Positions 13,223 through 25,551 of a DNA stretch of 49,788 nucleotides are shown in pieces (the stretch's first letter is position 1; every line of letters begins with the position of its first letter). The stretch comes from Trichosphaerium sp. ATCC 40318. Taxonomy: Eukaryota > Protista > Tubulinea. The notes below the pieces were generated by a model. It made no database searches and had not been told where the DNA came from. It saw only the letters and a list, made by a program, of their open reading frames with translations. The stretch spans positions 1 through 49,788 of the forward strand of contig JALMLS010000434.1 of the NCBI GenBank assembly GCA_038496445.1, given 5' to 3'. The position numbers and the translations under genes are program-made.

Positions 13223-14520
13223 TACTTCGTTCTAGATACGTTTATTTTTTTAAATCTAAGTCACATATTTTGTAGAATTAAGTCACGCACGAAAAGTTGC
13301 CAACTATTTGTTTTGACTGAACGTCGAAAAGACCTTAATGTTTTCTGAGCATAATTTCTCACTAACGTACATAAAACAGGTTAACTATCTAGCTACGTAC
13401 ATTGTTAATGGCAGTTGAGGATGTGTTGTTGGCCTACAAACAGATGTGCGCAACAAAAAAGACATGGAGCTAGCTCTTTGTTGAAACAAATACTTAATAA
13501 GAAAAAGAATGGCTTAAGCGCTAAGTGTGATCAATGGACAGTTCTGTGTTCCAAAAGGTTAATCTTACCTTCTAAATAACATGAGCGAATAAAAAAAGTG
13601 GACAGAGACATGTTTGAACTGGAGGTGGCACTTTCATCCGATAGTAAGATAAAATTTTATCATAGATTCAACTCATTTGTTCACCATCTTCAAACGCGTT
13701 TAGCAGTTGCTGTGGGTGCTGCTTTTAACCAAAATAGTATTGCAGGTTGTGTTATGCTAACCAAACCCACCCAGATAGTTCTCTTATGCACTGTGCAGTC
13801 TTTCTCAAACACACGTGAACTTCCTTTGATCTTTGCCCAATGTCCCGAAATTGTCGGGAAGACAAAGAGTGTTTGGGAGAAATGCGTATAAAATGTAGTT
13901 CTTCCCTCTTGTCGCCTCAAAAAAGAATACTTACCAGCAAGTAAAACCCAACACCATCGTGTTTCTTAGAGGGGTACACAAGCACATACCGGAGCTTTTC
14001 TGTTAAACAAAAGGTAGCCTTTCTATCATCTAACACAACGTAATGGGCTTGTTTTATGTTGTAACGACTGGGTGTATAAAATTCACAACTCGGAGAACGA
14101 CAATGACGTGTCAAAGCTCCTCCTACGTGATGGAGACTATTATTTTATAAAGAATGGCATTTTCATACCTTTTTGGTTTGATGTTCACACGAAAATCCAC
14201 GGTATCTGAAAGTATGCGAGTTTTCTAGATCTTTATGGAGTTGTACACATTCAAAAAAGGTTTTTTTTGGTTTATAGAGGCGTTAAAATAAATAAAATAG
14301 TAAGTCAAAGCCATTTGCTTGAAGTAAAAGAAAAAGAACTACCAATGTATGTCATGTGTTTCTGAATGTATTAAAATAACACATGACGTGAACACAAAAT
14401 ATTCTCAACGTACGAACTACACCACAACTCCCACTACGGATTCCTTAAAAGCTGAGAATACAACTACAACTACTCCCTTAGCATTAAATCAGCTTAAATA
14501 AATCAAAACAACCAGCCAAG

Positions 14521-16183
14521 ATGACACAACGTTCAACCAGCAGTATACACAACAGGTACCACAACCAGCTGATTGTTTAAACTCGAATTTTTTTTGCGTT
14601 TTTGAACACATCCACATAACCTTGGGATTGGTAACACTTTCCGCTTTGGTGGTCTTGTATTGACTTAAATGCTGTTAAGTTTACTTTTACTTATTGTTCT
14701 AGTTTTAGCCGAGATGTACTTCAAAGCTCCAGAGAAAGATCACGCACTGTTGATTACACACCGAAACCTAGTAGTAGTTGGAGGCATGGTAGATTTGCAT
14801 CTGTTCTTCGTCGAAACACTTTTATGGTATTTAATGCTGACAAAGAAGATCAAACACCAAAACGAAACAAAACTAAGAAAGACAAACGGAAAAAAGAGAG
14901 GTTAGCAAAGTCCTTCAGATTTACATCATTTTCGGAGACTCCAACACGTACAAGAATACCTAATGAGGATGATCCTCTAAGACAAAGGCACAGAAGGTCT
15001 TCATCAAAGCAAAAAGCTGTCCTAGAAAGCGATACACCAAAACCTTCAAATAGTAAAACAAGCTGTACTATTGTCCCTACCAACGCTTCTACACCTCGAA
15101 AGCAATCAAGAAGGCGTGCTCATAAACGTCAAAAGAGCATTTTGTCCGAAAAAAAAACTTCACCTTCAAGGCACGTGATTTTTTTTTTACGTCGGAGTTT
15201 TTGTTATTTACTCTTATCGAAACTAATTGTAACTTTACAGGCGATCTACTATCACTGCTCCAGAACATGAATTTACAAGTGAACAGTTAGCAATACAACA
15301 ACGCACAACATGTGTACAACTCAAAACTGAAGCAGTTATTGTACCACATTCAGACACAAAGTCGAAGAGTCCTGATGGGTTCGCTCCTATGCTGTGGTGG
15401 CGTCCACTTCCTCCAATACCTCCTTCTTCGCAAAGGAGTTTACCTGATCTACCTAAAATCAAGTCTTTGCCATCCTCACAAACAACTGAACCTAAGTCTC
15501 TTTGCACAAAACGCAAAGTGCGTATTGCATCAAGGCCTACACATGCTGATCGATTATACGTTAAAACCATACAACAGAAAAGGAAAAAGCGGTTATCATT
15601 TTATTCAATGGTATCAAGCTTGACTGGAAACAACAGAGGCGGATTTCACGCTACAGTCATTGGAGCACAGACTTGTTTCAACAACGTTTCAGTACGTTCA
15701 GCAACTAGACATTTGTCCATGCAAAAAAACTGGCCTTACTTATCTTCCTTTAGCGACAAGGAAGGTGTTCAATGACTTTCGAAATTGTTGTGTACAAAGC
15801 AGGTCGAAAGTGGACTATTTTTAGAAGATACAAACAGTTCAAAAACTTGAATTCACGTCTACGATCAAAGAGTAAGTACAAATATTATTGGTTGTTGACT
15901 TGTATCTAACAATTTTTCTGTTTAGAATTAATGAAAAAGATATCATTCAAAACAGAGATTGGGCCAAAACTACATAATAAAAAACTTGTAGAAGCAAGAG
16001 GTGAAAGATTAAATAATTTTCTTCAGGTATGTTTTTTTTCGAAGTTTTTTTTATTGTTGTATGAGTGACTCATTTTTTTTGTAGGACTGTTTGGCCATAC
16101 AACAAGTAAACGCTTCTCAGTACATGTACACATTTTTAATGCCATTCCAGTTGGGTGACATTAAGCCATCAAAGAACAACTGA
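14521..16183 (+). CDS. PX (Phox homology) domain protein with a long basic, disordered N-terminus
   Basis: Exons join in frame from ATG 14521. C-terminal MTFEIVVYKAGRKWTIFRRYKQFKNLNSRL...VEARGERLNNFLQ is a PX signature. TGA at 16181-16183. Confidence 0.8.
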
Positions 16184-16489
16184 ATTCTAATTGTATACTA
16201 ACAAAAAAACAACCAAAAAATGTGGATATCTGTAATTTATTAAACAAACCTTTGTACATTGAATTATGATTGTTATCGTAAGTCCAATACTGTCACATAC
16301 ATGACCTTAGTAATTGCACAAATACAGCGCATAGTCGAACGATTTACAAGGTACTAGGCACGCTAAAGACAATTGAAGGGAACTTTCATTGAAACAAACC
16401 AAAATAAAAGACAATTCCATGTTTAAGTCACGAAATCAACTTTACTGCCATTGAAGTCAACTTGAATACCCTAAACTGGCTATTCATCT

Positions 16490-18100
16490 ATGCAAGCTAT
16501 ACTATCATTAATAGCAGTTATTCTTTTAATTGTTTTTGTACCTGTTACCAGTAAGTACTGTTAAACCAATGCAGGCATTCGCTTATAAGTATTGTTTGGC
16601 TTGTTGTATTTGGATTCAATTTAAACTCTGTTTGTAGCGCAGAATATGATTTGGGACATTGATTTCTCCGACAAGCCTCTAAACATAGATATTGATAACA
16701 ATGGCGATGGTGTAGTTGACTTTACGAATAGAAGAATTAATAAAACGCTCAACATTACAGGTTTCGTATCTTTGCTTCTAGACTTTCTTATCAGCTTGTT
16801 AGACGGTATACTGAGCGTCAATAACGCTGATGTGATCCTAGATACAAAACCTGACAAGTACTACGAAAATTAAATGTAATTTTACATAAATCACGTGACA
16901 AATATTAAAATAGACCTTGGACAGACAACTTCCGTATTTGCACAAAAATCAGAGACTTTTCGAATTGCTCAGTAGACTTCGCTTCTACAGGTATATTCGT
17001 ACGTAATACAGTGTTTCTGCATACTAATAATGCCATTGCAAGATAAGTTGGGGCTTCAACATGACATCAATCATAAGGTCATACATTGGCGTTAAACGAG
17101 ATTGCAAAACTTCGCCTTCGTATTCTCTTCAAATAATTGATATATGCCAACTTGATTCTATGGGTCGTACAGGAGTACTAATTGAAACATATGACGTCAA
17201 ATCCACAGACCTAGGCTTTGTTGAGTTTTGCGTACTGAATAACTAGCCCGGCTCTTGTTAAGTGATTTCTAGGCTAATTTTTATCCTTCAGAGCAACGCC
17301 TCACTGGAATAATTTTGACAACAGGTCAATCTATAAGCGCAGAGACAAAACCGCAAGTAAAACGTGCAACTTTCAGTACACTGACTTTAGTGTAGATGTG
17401 ATTTTGACGTGAACTCTGCGCTTCATCATTCACTGTCGTCAAGAGCCGGACAAGGACAAGCAGCTTATTGGACAATCTCTATAATTCCACAAGACCAATT
17501 TTGTCAAGGAACAAAGCCTTTCCAAACGGCAAGCTGCATTAACGGATTTTGGACGGCAAACTCATCCGACATTACAGAAATTATTTCGCTTCCTCCATTT
17601 CTTGTACTTGAAGGTACCACTGACTATAGATAACATAGTTGAACTTACATCCAGGCACATATAAAACTACTCAGGACAGTGCATTGGAAATTCAAGGAAA
17701 CGAATCGACCATACACGTGATAGGATGCATAGATTTAGAAGAAGATATATTTCGGGTTATAAAGGCAGGAAATGAAGCGATTGACCAAGTAAATATCATA
17801 CTCAGATGGCAAGGATCATGTAGTGTAAGTGAAACAACTGGTATTATTGATACACCGCGAGAGAGATGTACCATAAGTACGGTACCAGTTGGTACGCAAT
17901 GAATGAAAGAAAAAAAAAAGCGAGAATAATTCAAGATTTGACAGTTGTATGCAGGAAACTTACTGCGTCTTACTTGGCGCGACGCCGACTGTGTCCAGAA
18001 AAGTACTAGTGCCAGTGACGGCAAATACCGTAGATACAAGAGTATTGTACTAGGTTTAATAACGCTCCTGCATATTTTTGCTTATGTGCTTATACGGTAA
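16490..18100 (+). CDS. Secreted/cell-surface protein of unknown function (signal peptide, C-terminal hydrophobic anchor)
   Basis: MQAILSLIAVILLIVFVPVT signal-like exon followed by a GTAAGT donor; DNNGDGVVD loop; Cys-containing distal exons; ends SIVLGLITLLHIFAYVLIR, TAA 18098-18100. Internal exon boundaries are approximate. Confidence 0.65.
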
Positions 18101-18546
18101 CCTTGTAACGGTTGTAGTATGTAAGGGATTGAATCAAGGACCCATAGATATTCCTACGTTGTTTCGTTTCATGAAATGAACTTGAGTCTTTAGACCGCTA
18201 GTATCAAATACAACACTTATTTCTAAGGAGAGCTTGATTTTGGTATGAATTGGCGATCGCCGCGTACTCTGATAATCCTGGAGTATTAAACAAATTTGAC
18301 ATGCCTAGGTTACCGTAACCACTAAGGATTAGCGCTGTAGAACATCGCGGTGATATTTTAACTACACTGATAACAACGTGCGATTTTGATAACACGTTTG
18401 TTTAGCTACATCTACTGCCACACCGTCGAATTAATTAATTATGACGTTTTCAAGTTAGGCTTCAATGCGGGCTTTTTTTTGAAAAGAAAATGTCGGAGCT
18501 TGCGTTGACTCTTATCACTAGTAAATAGTCGCATGCTAATGTCCGT

Positions 18547-21500
18547 ATGAGGTTGCTTTTAATAGTAATAGGTACGTTCTAAATGGTACAAAAGGGTAGC
18601 CACAAAACAAGTATTTTGGTTTTTTTTATAAAAAGGGTTGCCAAAATACTTCTGTTTTGAAAATATACGAGCGCTATTGGTTCGAATATAGCGTATTACC
18701 TGCTTTGAAAATCACGTGATGGAGATTTTAGTACTGCTGATTCTATCGCCTCTGTATGAGTCTCAAACAACCGTAAGATGGGTTGGTAGTACAAGCACAT
18801 TGTGGGAGTAAGTGCGCGACACTTGTTTTCCTTTTTTTTTTTTTCTCGCAGAAAGAAGTAGATAGTGGCCGGATACAACCGCTTTTATCAATCTCCAACG
18901 CGTAGGAGAGCTATTTAAAGCTGTCACGTATAATGACAAATATCTTTGGTGTTGATTGCATATCTGATGCTTGCTAGAGACCAATCGAACTGGGCATGCG
19001 AAGGGATTCTGTGTCAAATACAAGGAGCTATTCCGATACCTCCTGATACTCCCTCAAGTTCACTCACTATTGGTTTTTCTCAATGCGTACGACTCATTTT
19101 TTGGATACCCACTTTGTTTGGTTGTTTCGATTTATAAAGATTAATAGCCACAAAACGTCCGGTTGGATATAATAAATCAGAATAGTATTGCTTGGCCTTC
19201 TACAGAACTTGTTTTTGGTACATGTCCAGAAGTTGTTATGTCAGGGACGCAATTGACTATTGCAAAGTACGTTTTCTTTTTTTGTAGTTTTTTTTTTTTT
19301 AACTAAATTTCTTTCAACTACACCAACCTCCCCGAGTGAAGTACTTTCACTTTTTATATTCTTATATCTTGGTAGCGGCCGCGCTGGATCAATGTTAGAC
19401 CATATATTTAGATTGACAGGAAACAGGTTATCATCAGTACGACACCTTTTTTAGAAAATAGCAAAGTGGATGTTTGACTTTAATTTTTTTTTCTTTCAGA
19501 TTACAGTGCTTCAAGGATCCTTCGATGTGGGGAACCTTGATTTTACAATGTATGCTGCTTCTTTTTTCAATATATTTATACCTGTACGTTATATTGGTAC
19601 CATGTGTTTTTTTGCTTAGATAAACGAGGTTGGCGCTGTTGGAAATATTGTAATGGGGAATACAATGACAAGCTTGAATTTTTTGATTAATGGCAATATC
19701 GGATCTCCTGTTTGTAGTATGACGAATGTAATAGCAACTGCAGATATTGAACAACGAATAATGTTCACAAGAGGAAGTTTCGCATCGGTAAGTTGTCCTA
19801 GGTCACGACACTTTAGGAAACTCAAAAAAAAAATGTTGAAATATTTACCCAAAAAAAATTGAATCTAATCTGAGGCACGAAGGGTATCACATTGATAAGG
19901 TTTCTTTCAAGTGGTGGGATAGATAACTCTGGAGCAGGAGCGCTTATATTTTTTTCAAATAAGCAAGATGGAAGAGTTAATTTTGCCGTTCAAGGCGTAG
20001 TCAAGTATGTCCTACTTTTTCTTCTTTTTTTTTCGAAATTGTTTCACCTCTAACTTCTTGCTTTTAGTGCCTTGGGGCCCACAAGTTTTCGCCTGCTTTC
20101 TTCAAGTCTCAATTATACCGGAGATTGTATATTTTCAAATATAATCAATATTGGAGATGGGCAAACGCTTGAAATGTACAATGTAAGTCAACACGGTTTT
20201 TTTGAAACTCTTTTTTTTTCTAGCAATGTGCACGTGTCGACTTTTTTTTGTGTTAATTAGGAAACTTTAGAATATAGGTATCACTAGTCAATTACGAGGC
20301 GCTAACAAGAATACATCATTACTGGCATTTTATGGCGTATTTTTTTGTTCTGTAGGATCTTCCTCGTCCTCCTTTACTTTTGTTGACAGCCCTGATCTCG
20401 ATCCTGCTATTCCAAGTGTTATATCCTTTAATGGGTTTACTTCAGATATAAATATTGATTGGATGAGCACAGAGGATCTAACTATAGGCACGTGCCAAAC
20501 ATTGAAATTACACAACTTAAAAATCTAATTGATTGGCTTAGCATGGAACCGTAATGAAGTGTTCCTTGGTCTACCTACTAGGTTATGTGTTGTTAGTGTT
20601 GTCAGTTGTCTTTATGCCCGAGATATGAGGGTAGAGATAGAAGAACTCCGAATATCGCCAATGGAGTTTTTCAATGTGATGTACGTCAACATAAACACCT
20701 TACCCTGTTCTAATAAACGTAGAACTTCTGAGGTGACCGCATTTGTTCCTTCAGATGTAGTACGACTCAATACACGGTTACAAGATGGTTCAGACATGGA
20801 TCTGAGCACAACAAGCGACCGCTATCTTGATATTGATATCCAAACAGACAATACAGCAACAGAGCTTACATTTGAAGAAGGGAACTTCGCTTGGGGAACA
20901 GTATGTGAAACAATGTCATTTTTACATTAAGTCAATCATAACTTAATCGTAGATGCTTGGGTTTCCAATAGTTCCTGATGGCTTGTCTATAACTGTTATG
21001 CGTGCAGTTTTGTCTAAAACTTCAGATTTAAATGCGTACATTTCAAGCCTGACAGTGTCAACAAGCGGGGTTTTAGAATTTTTTATTCAAGGCATAGATC
21101 CAGTCATTGATACTGCAGGTGTATACGGCGTAAACACTCTCACTTTTGATCCGGGTTCTATAGTTTCAGCAAATTTCGCAGACTTCCCTCCACCTGCTAC
21201 AGAGACAGATATCCTACTAGTGGAGTGCGTTTTATTTTCAATGAATTTCTGGATTTAGTAACTAGTGACAAAAAAAAAAAAGATCAGTACCCCTTTTCAT
21301 TACTAATCTACTGAAATATAGGACTACAAGTATTACTGGACCTCTCCCTACGCTTACAACAAACTATACAGCTGCACCATTAGCCCTAGTAACCACAGCA
21401 AACGGACTGGTACTCAGAATTCTGCTTCAAGGTCCAACAGAGGCACCCACAGATGCACCAACCGATGCACCTACAGATGCTCCTCCAATCGATGCTCCTA

Positions 21501-24089
21501 CAAACGCTCCAGATGTTCCAACTACTGCACCAACTGATGCGCCAACAAATGAACCTCCAACCGATGCCCCTGCAGATACTCCAAGTGATCCTACGAATGC
21601 TCCCTCGGATACACCAACAGCAAGTCCCACTGCTTCACCTGTAGATCCAACGTCACCTCCCACAATAGCCCCAAGGTAATTTCACCCTTCTGAAACCCTC
21701 CCATTCTAGTTTTCTTTTCTTCGTGATCACTAAACCTCACGTGTCTTAGCACAGTATTGCCTCCAACCGGTATGACACCAGCTACTATGGTGACACCGTC
21801 TACAGTTATAACACCAGGAACAGTTGCTTCACCTAACACAATCAATACACCAGCCACTGTAGAAACGCCGTCGACAGTCATCACTCCATCCACTGTGCAA
21901 GCACCTAACACAATACAAACCCCAGCCACGGTAGTTACACCTTCAACGATACAAACGCCATCGACTGTAGAAACACCATCCACAGTCCAAACACCAGCGA
22001 CTGTGGAAACACCATCTACAATCCAAACACCAGCTACTGTAGTGACACCTTCGACGATACAGACGCCATCGACCGTAGAAACACCATCCACAGTCCAATC
22101 ACCGGCAACTGTGGAGACACCTTCAACGATCCAGAGTCCAGGCACTGTAGTGACACCTTCGACGATACAGACGCCGTCGACCGTAGAAACACCATCCACA
22201 ATACAAACGCCAGCAACTGTGGAAACGCCTTCCACCTTACAAACTCCTGCCACTGTTATGACCCCCGGCACAATAAATACACCCTCAACAACTGTCACAC
22301 CAGCTACAGTGATGACGCCTTCTACAGTAGTCTCACCAGGAACAGTTTCTACACCAGCTACAGTCACTACCCCTGGGACCGTACAAACCCCTGGGACTAT
22401 CTCATCACCCTCAACGATAATGACGCCTTCTACTATTGATACACCAGCGACAGTCATATCACCGGCCACAGTGACATCACCAAGGTACTTCAAACCAAAT
22501 GAATCATGTTTCAAGAAGATTTTTCTTAACTAAGCTTCTTAGTACTGTCGTCACTCCTTCAACAGTTAGTACGCCTGGAACAGTTTTAACGCCTTCTACG
22601 CTGCAATCACCATCAACTGTGGAAACACCTGGAACAGTTGTATCACCGTCCACCTTAGCAAGCCCCGCTACTGTTCAAACCCCATCAACAATCATAACAC
22701 CTGCCACTGTCATTTCACCAAGCACGATCGACACGCCAGCAACTGTTCAAACACCTTCAACCGTGCAATCACCTTCAACGATACAAACTCCGGCAACAGT
22801 AGTTACACCTTCAACGATACAAACGCCAGCAACTGTAGAAACACCATCCACAGTCCAATCGCCGGCAACCGTGGAAACACCATCTACAATACAAACACCA
22901 GCTACTGTAGTGACACCTTCAACGATACAAACGCCGTCTACTGTAGAAACACCATCCACAATACAATCGCCGGCAACTGTGGAGACACCTTCAACGATCC
23001 AGACACCAGCTACTGTAGTGACACCTTCAACAATACAGACGCCGTCGACTGTAGAGACACCATCAACAGTTGTCACTCCATCCACTGTGCAAACACCCTC
23101 CACAATACAAACGCCAGGAACAGTGGTAACACCATCGACAATACGAACACCTGCAACAGTAATTACACCATCCACTGTGAATACACCAGCTACTGTTCAA
23201 ACGCCGTCTACAATTCAAAGTCCTTCCACGGTGCTATCGCCAGCTACAATACGCACACCGTCAACAATTCAAACACCAGGCACAATAGTATCACCCGCAA
23301 CAATCGCGTCCCCAAGGTTCGTTACATTCTCACTATATCATCTCACCACTCTACATAGCACGTTGGCTACACCATCAACTATACAATCACCTCTTACAGT
23401 GACCACACCGGCTACTATTACTACACCAGGAACAGTAGTAACACCAGCAACTGTAACAAGCCCATCAACCACTTTCACTCCGGCAACTATTGTCGCTCCT
23501 GGTACACTACGAGCTCCATCCACAGTACTTACTCCGGCGACAATACTTGTACCTGCGACTATATCATCTCCTTCTACGATAGTAGTGCCCTCAACCATCC
23601 GCACACCTGCCACAATTGTATCACCGAGGTAATTTTGTTTTTCCTTTTATTTGAGTTCGTACTAATTAAAGTACAGTACAACTGTCACTCCTGCTACAAT
23701 GAATGTGCCTACATCAGGTACTATACCGGTTTCTTTAGTACCAGTTTCTCCTATGGCAGATTTTCTATGTGTGGCACCAATGGTCAATGAAATGGGTGCC
23801 TGCGTGTAAGTTCTAATTCATGTCCACGTGGACAAGTTTCTTTTTATTTTCTCTTTTTTGGAAATTTGCTCTAGTAACGCACATACGTTGACTAAATATT
23901 TGTTGTAGGTGCAAAGCGTTTCCTTGCTATTGGCAGGAAACACGGTCTTTTGTTTGCAGATCGATGATGTGGTATTGCGTACCTCTGCTCCGAAACCAAA
24001 GGAACTTTATAAGTACATATAGAGGGCGAACATGTAATTGCGATACATGCTTGGATCCTGTTGCATCTCATTTACCACAATGTCAGTGA
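18547..24089 (+). CDS. Large secreted protein: N-terminal beta-rich region, PTDA linker, about 100 (T/S)P(S/A/G)T(V/I)x hexapeptides, Cys-rich C-terminus
   Basis: Signal peptide MRLLLIVI/VLLILSPLYESQ split over two exons; roughly 20 introns; repeat exons 21750-22484, 22543-23316 and 23359-23628; last exon VCKAFPCYWQETRSFVCRSMMWYC...CNCDTCLDPVASHLPQCQ, TGA 24087-24089. Confidence 0.75.
21433..21675 (+). repeat. PTDA/PTEA-type tetrapeptide coding repeat (linker)
   Basis: PTEAPTDAPTDAPTDAPPIDAPTNAPDVPTTAPTDAPTNEPPTDAP; 12-nt periodicity. Confidence 0.85.
21750..23628 (+). repeat. 18-nt (hexapeptide) coding tandem repeat with a 108-nt higher-order unit
   Basis: TPSTVE/TPATVV/TPSTIQ units throughout. 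The 36-aa unit TPATVVTPSTIQTPSTVETPSTVQ(T/S)PATVETPSTIQ recurs about 3 times in each of the two long exons. Confidence 0.95.
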
Positions 24090-24249
24090 TAAAGAAAAGA
24101 GGAAAACATGGACAGTTTTTTTTTGTATAGCGTGTAAAAAAGAAAGAAAAAGAAAAATAAATTAGAAAAAACAAGAAAATTCGCGGAAAAAAAATAAGTC
24201 ACGTGTACTGCTTGTTGGAGGCTCTACGAGCTTTTTATTATGTTGGATT

Positions 24250-25362
24250 TCACAAGAAAGTTTTTCTAACTTTCGCAAGGACTTGGAAGACCTTACCAGG
24301 ATCACCTCCAGAAACATCACCCTTAAGGCCATCCACCCATCTCTTTGGGATCTTTGAATACCCATGAAGAGCACCAACAGCTGCAGCAACAATAGCGGCA
24401 ATAGTATCATTGTCCTTGGTATCATTAACAGCTCTTATCACTGCTAGTTCAGGATCGTGTCCGTACTTCATTAGAATATAGAGTACACAAGGTACTGTCT
24501 CTAATAAATAGGCACCAGAGAACCAAGAGTTACATGCGGCTTCAGTGCTCAAGTTGGCAGCAAAGGCTTTTGGCACATACTCTTTGACAAACCCGGTAAT
24601 AGATCCAATGTAGTTCTTGAACTTACCACCACGTGGTTTGTAAGTAAAATCAACTTCAAGCCTCTCTGCAACAGAAACAAATGTTTCAAGATACCATTGT
24701 GGTTGAGGAGGTTGTTGCATGTCAAGTAATGACCATAACATGTAAACAAAAGCAACACAAGAAGAAATACTTGCAGAATCATTATGTGTGATACGCGCAA
24801 GCAATAAAGCATCTGTCCAGAGTGCAGACGTAGGATTCTTCAAGTGAGGCAACAAGGCAGGTGTCATACGCATTAATGCTCCATTTCCTGCTGATTTGAC
24901 CCCACAGTCGTACCAATGAGCAGTTTGTCCTTTTAGTTTACGTAAGAACACTGTAACTGACTTGCCAATACCAAAGATTCGCGATTGCGTGAAGCAGTAA
25001 GCGATGTTTTGTGGTAGAATAGTACCACCATCTTGAATCATCCTTTCAATAGCCCAATACGTCATTTGAGTGTCATCAGAAGGCCCACTGCTCCTTCTCT
25101 TGCCTTTGTTGTACGTTGTTATGTCACCATACCTCTTACGACTGCTGGGAAGCAGTGTTTCAGTCGGATAGCCGATAGCATCGGCGATAGCTACAAGCAA
25201 CAACATACCTTGTACTTTATCCCATAATTTATCCTGAGGTAACGAGAGCGGATTTGGCGCTGCAGAAAAGAACTCTTCGTCGAAAACTGCGTCTACCTTA
25301 CCAATGGCTACAATATGTGCCAACAGCGCTTCTTTGGCTATATTCTCATCGTTAGTTGCCAT
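24250..25362 (-). CDS. ADP-ribosylglycohydrolase (DraG/ARH family), intronless
   Basis: 370-aa ORF with AIADAIG, SDDTQMT, GNGALMR, ITHN and DNDTIAAIVAAAVGALHG metal-binding motifs. Confidence 0.95.
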   Translation of the reverse strand: MATNDENIAKEALLAHIVAIGKVDAVFDEEFFSAAPNPLSLPQDKLWDKVQGMLLLVAIADAIGYPTETLLPSSRKRYGDITTYNKGKRRSSGPSDDTQMTYWAIERMIQDGGTILPQNIAYCFTQSRIFGIGKSVTVFLRKLKGQTAHWYDCGVKSAGNGALMRMTPALLPHLKNPTSALWTDALLLARITHNDSASISSCVAFVYMLWSLLDMQQPPQPQWYLETFVSVAERLEVDFTYKPRGGKFKNYIGSITGFVKEYVPKAFAANLSTEAACNSWFSGAYLLETVPCVLYILMKYGHDPELAVIRAVNDTKDNDTIAAIVAAAVGALHGYSKIPKRWVDGLKGDVSGGDPGKVFQVLAKVRKTFL

Positions 25363-25551
25363 CGTATGTGGTTTTTGGCGAGATTATAACGTTCTTAGGT
25401 CAAACTCAGTATCACAGCTAGAATACGTAATTTAAACCTAAATCAGTGACTCCACAACTCGTACATAGCGTATAGGTATGTTTGTAACCCTTTAGAAAAT
25501 GTAAAAACAATGTTCACACGAAATGAACTTACATTTGCACGTTAGCTTACA

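Noticed and set aside
21427-23613. Long antisense ORFs rich in VxGVxT (307, 142 and 91 aa) that look like beta-helix proteins
   Set aside because: They are shadows of the ACN/CCN/TCN-rich plus-strand repeat. Splice sites and the signal peptide are on the plus strand.
21750-23628. CRISPR-like or satellite array
   Set aside because: There is no identical repeat/unique spacer structure, and variation concentrates at third codon positions, so it is a coding repeat.
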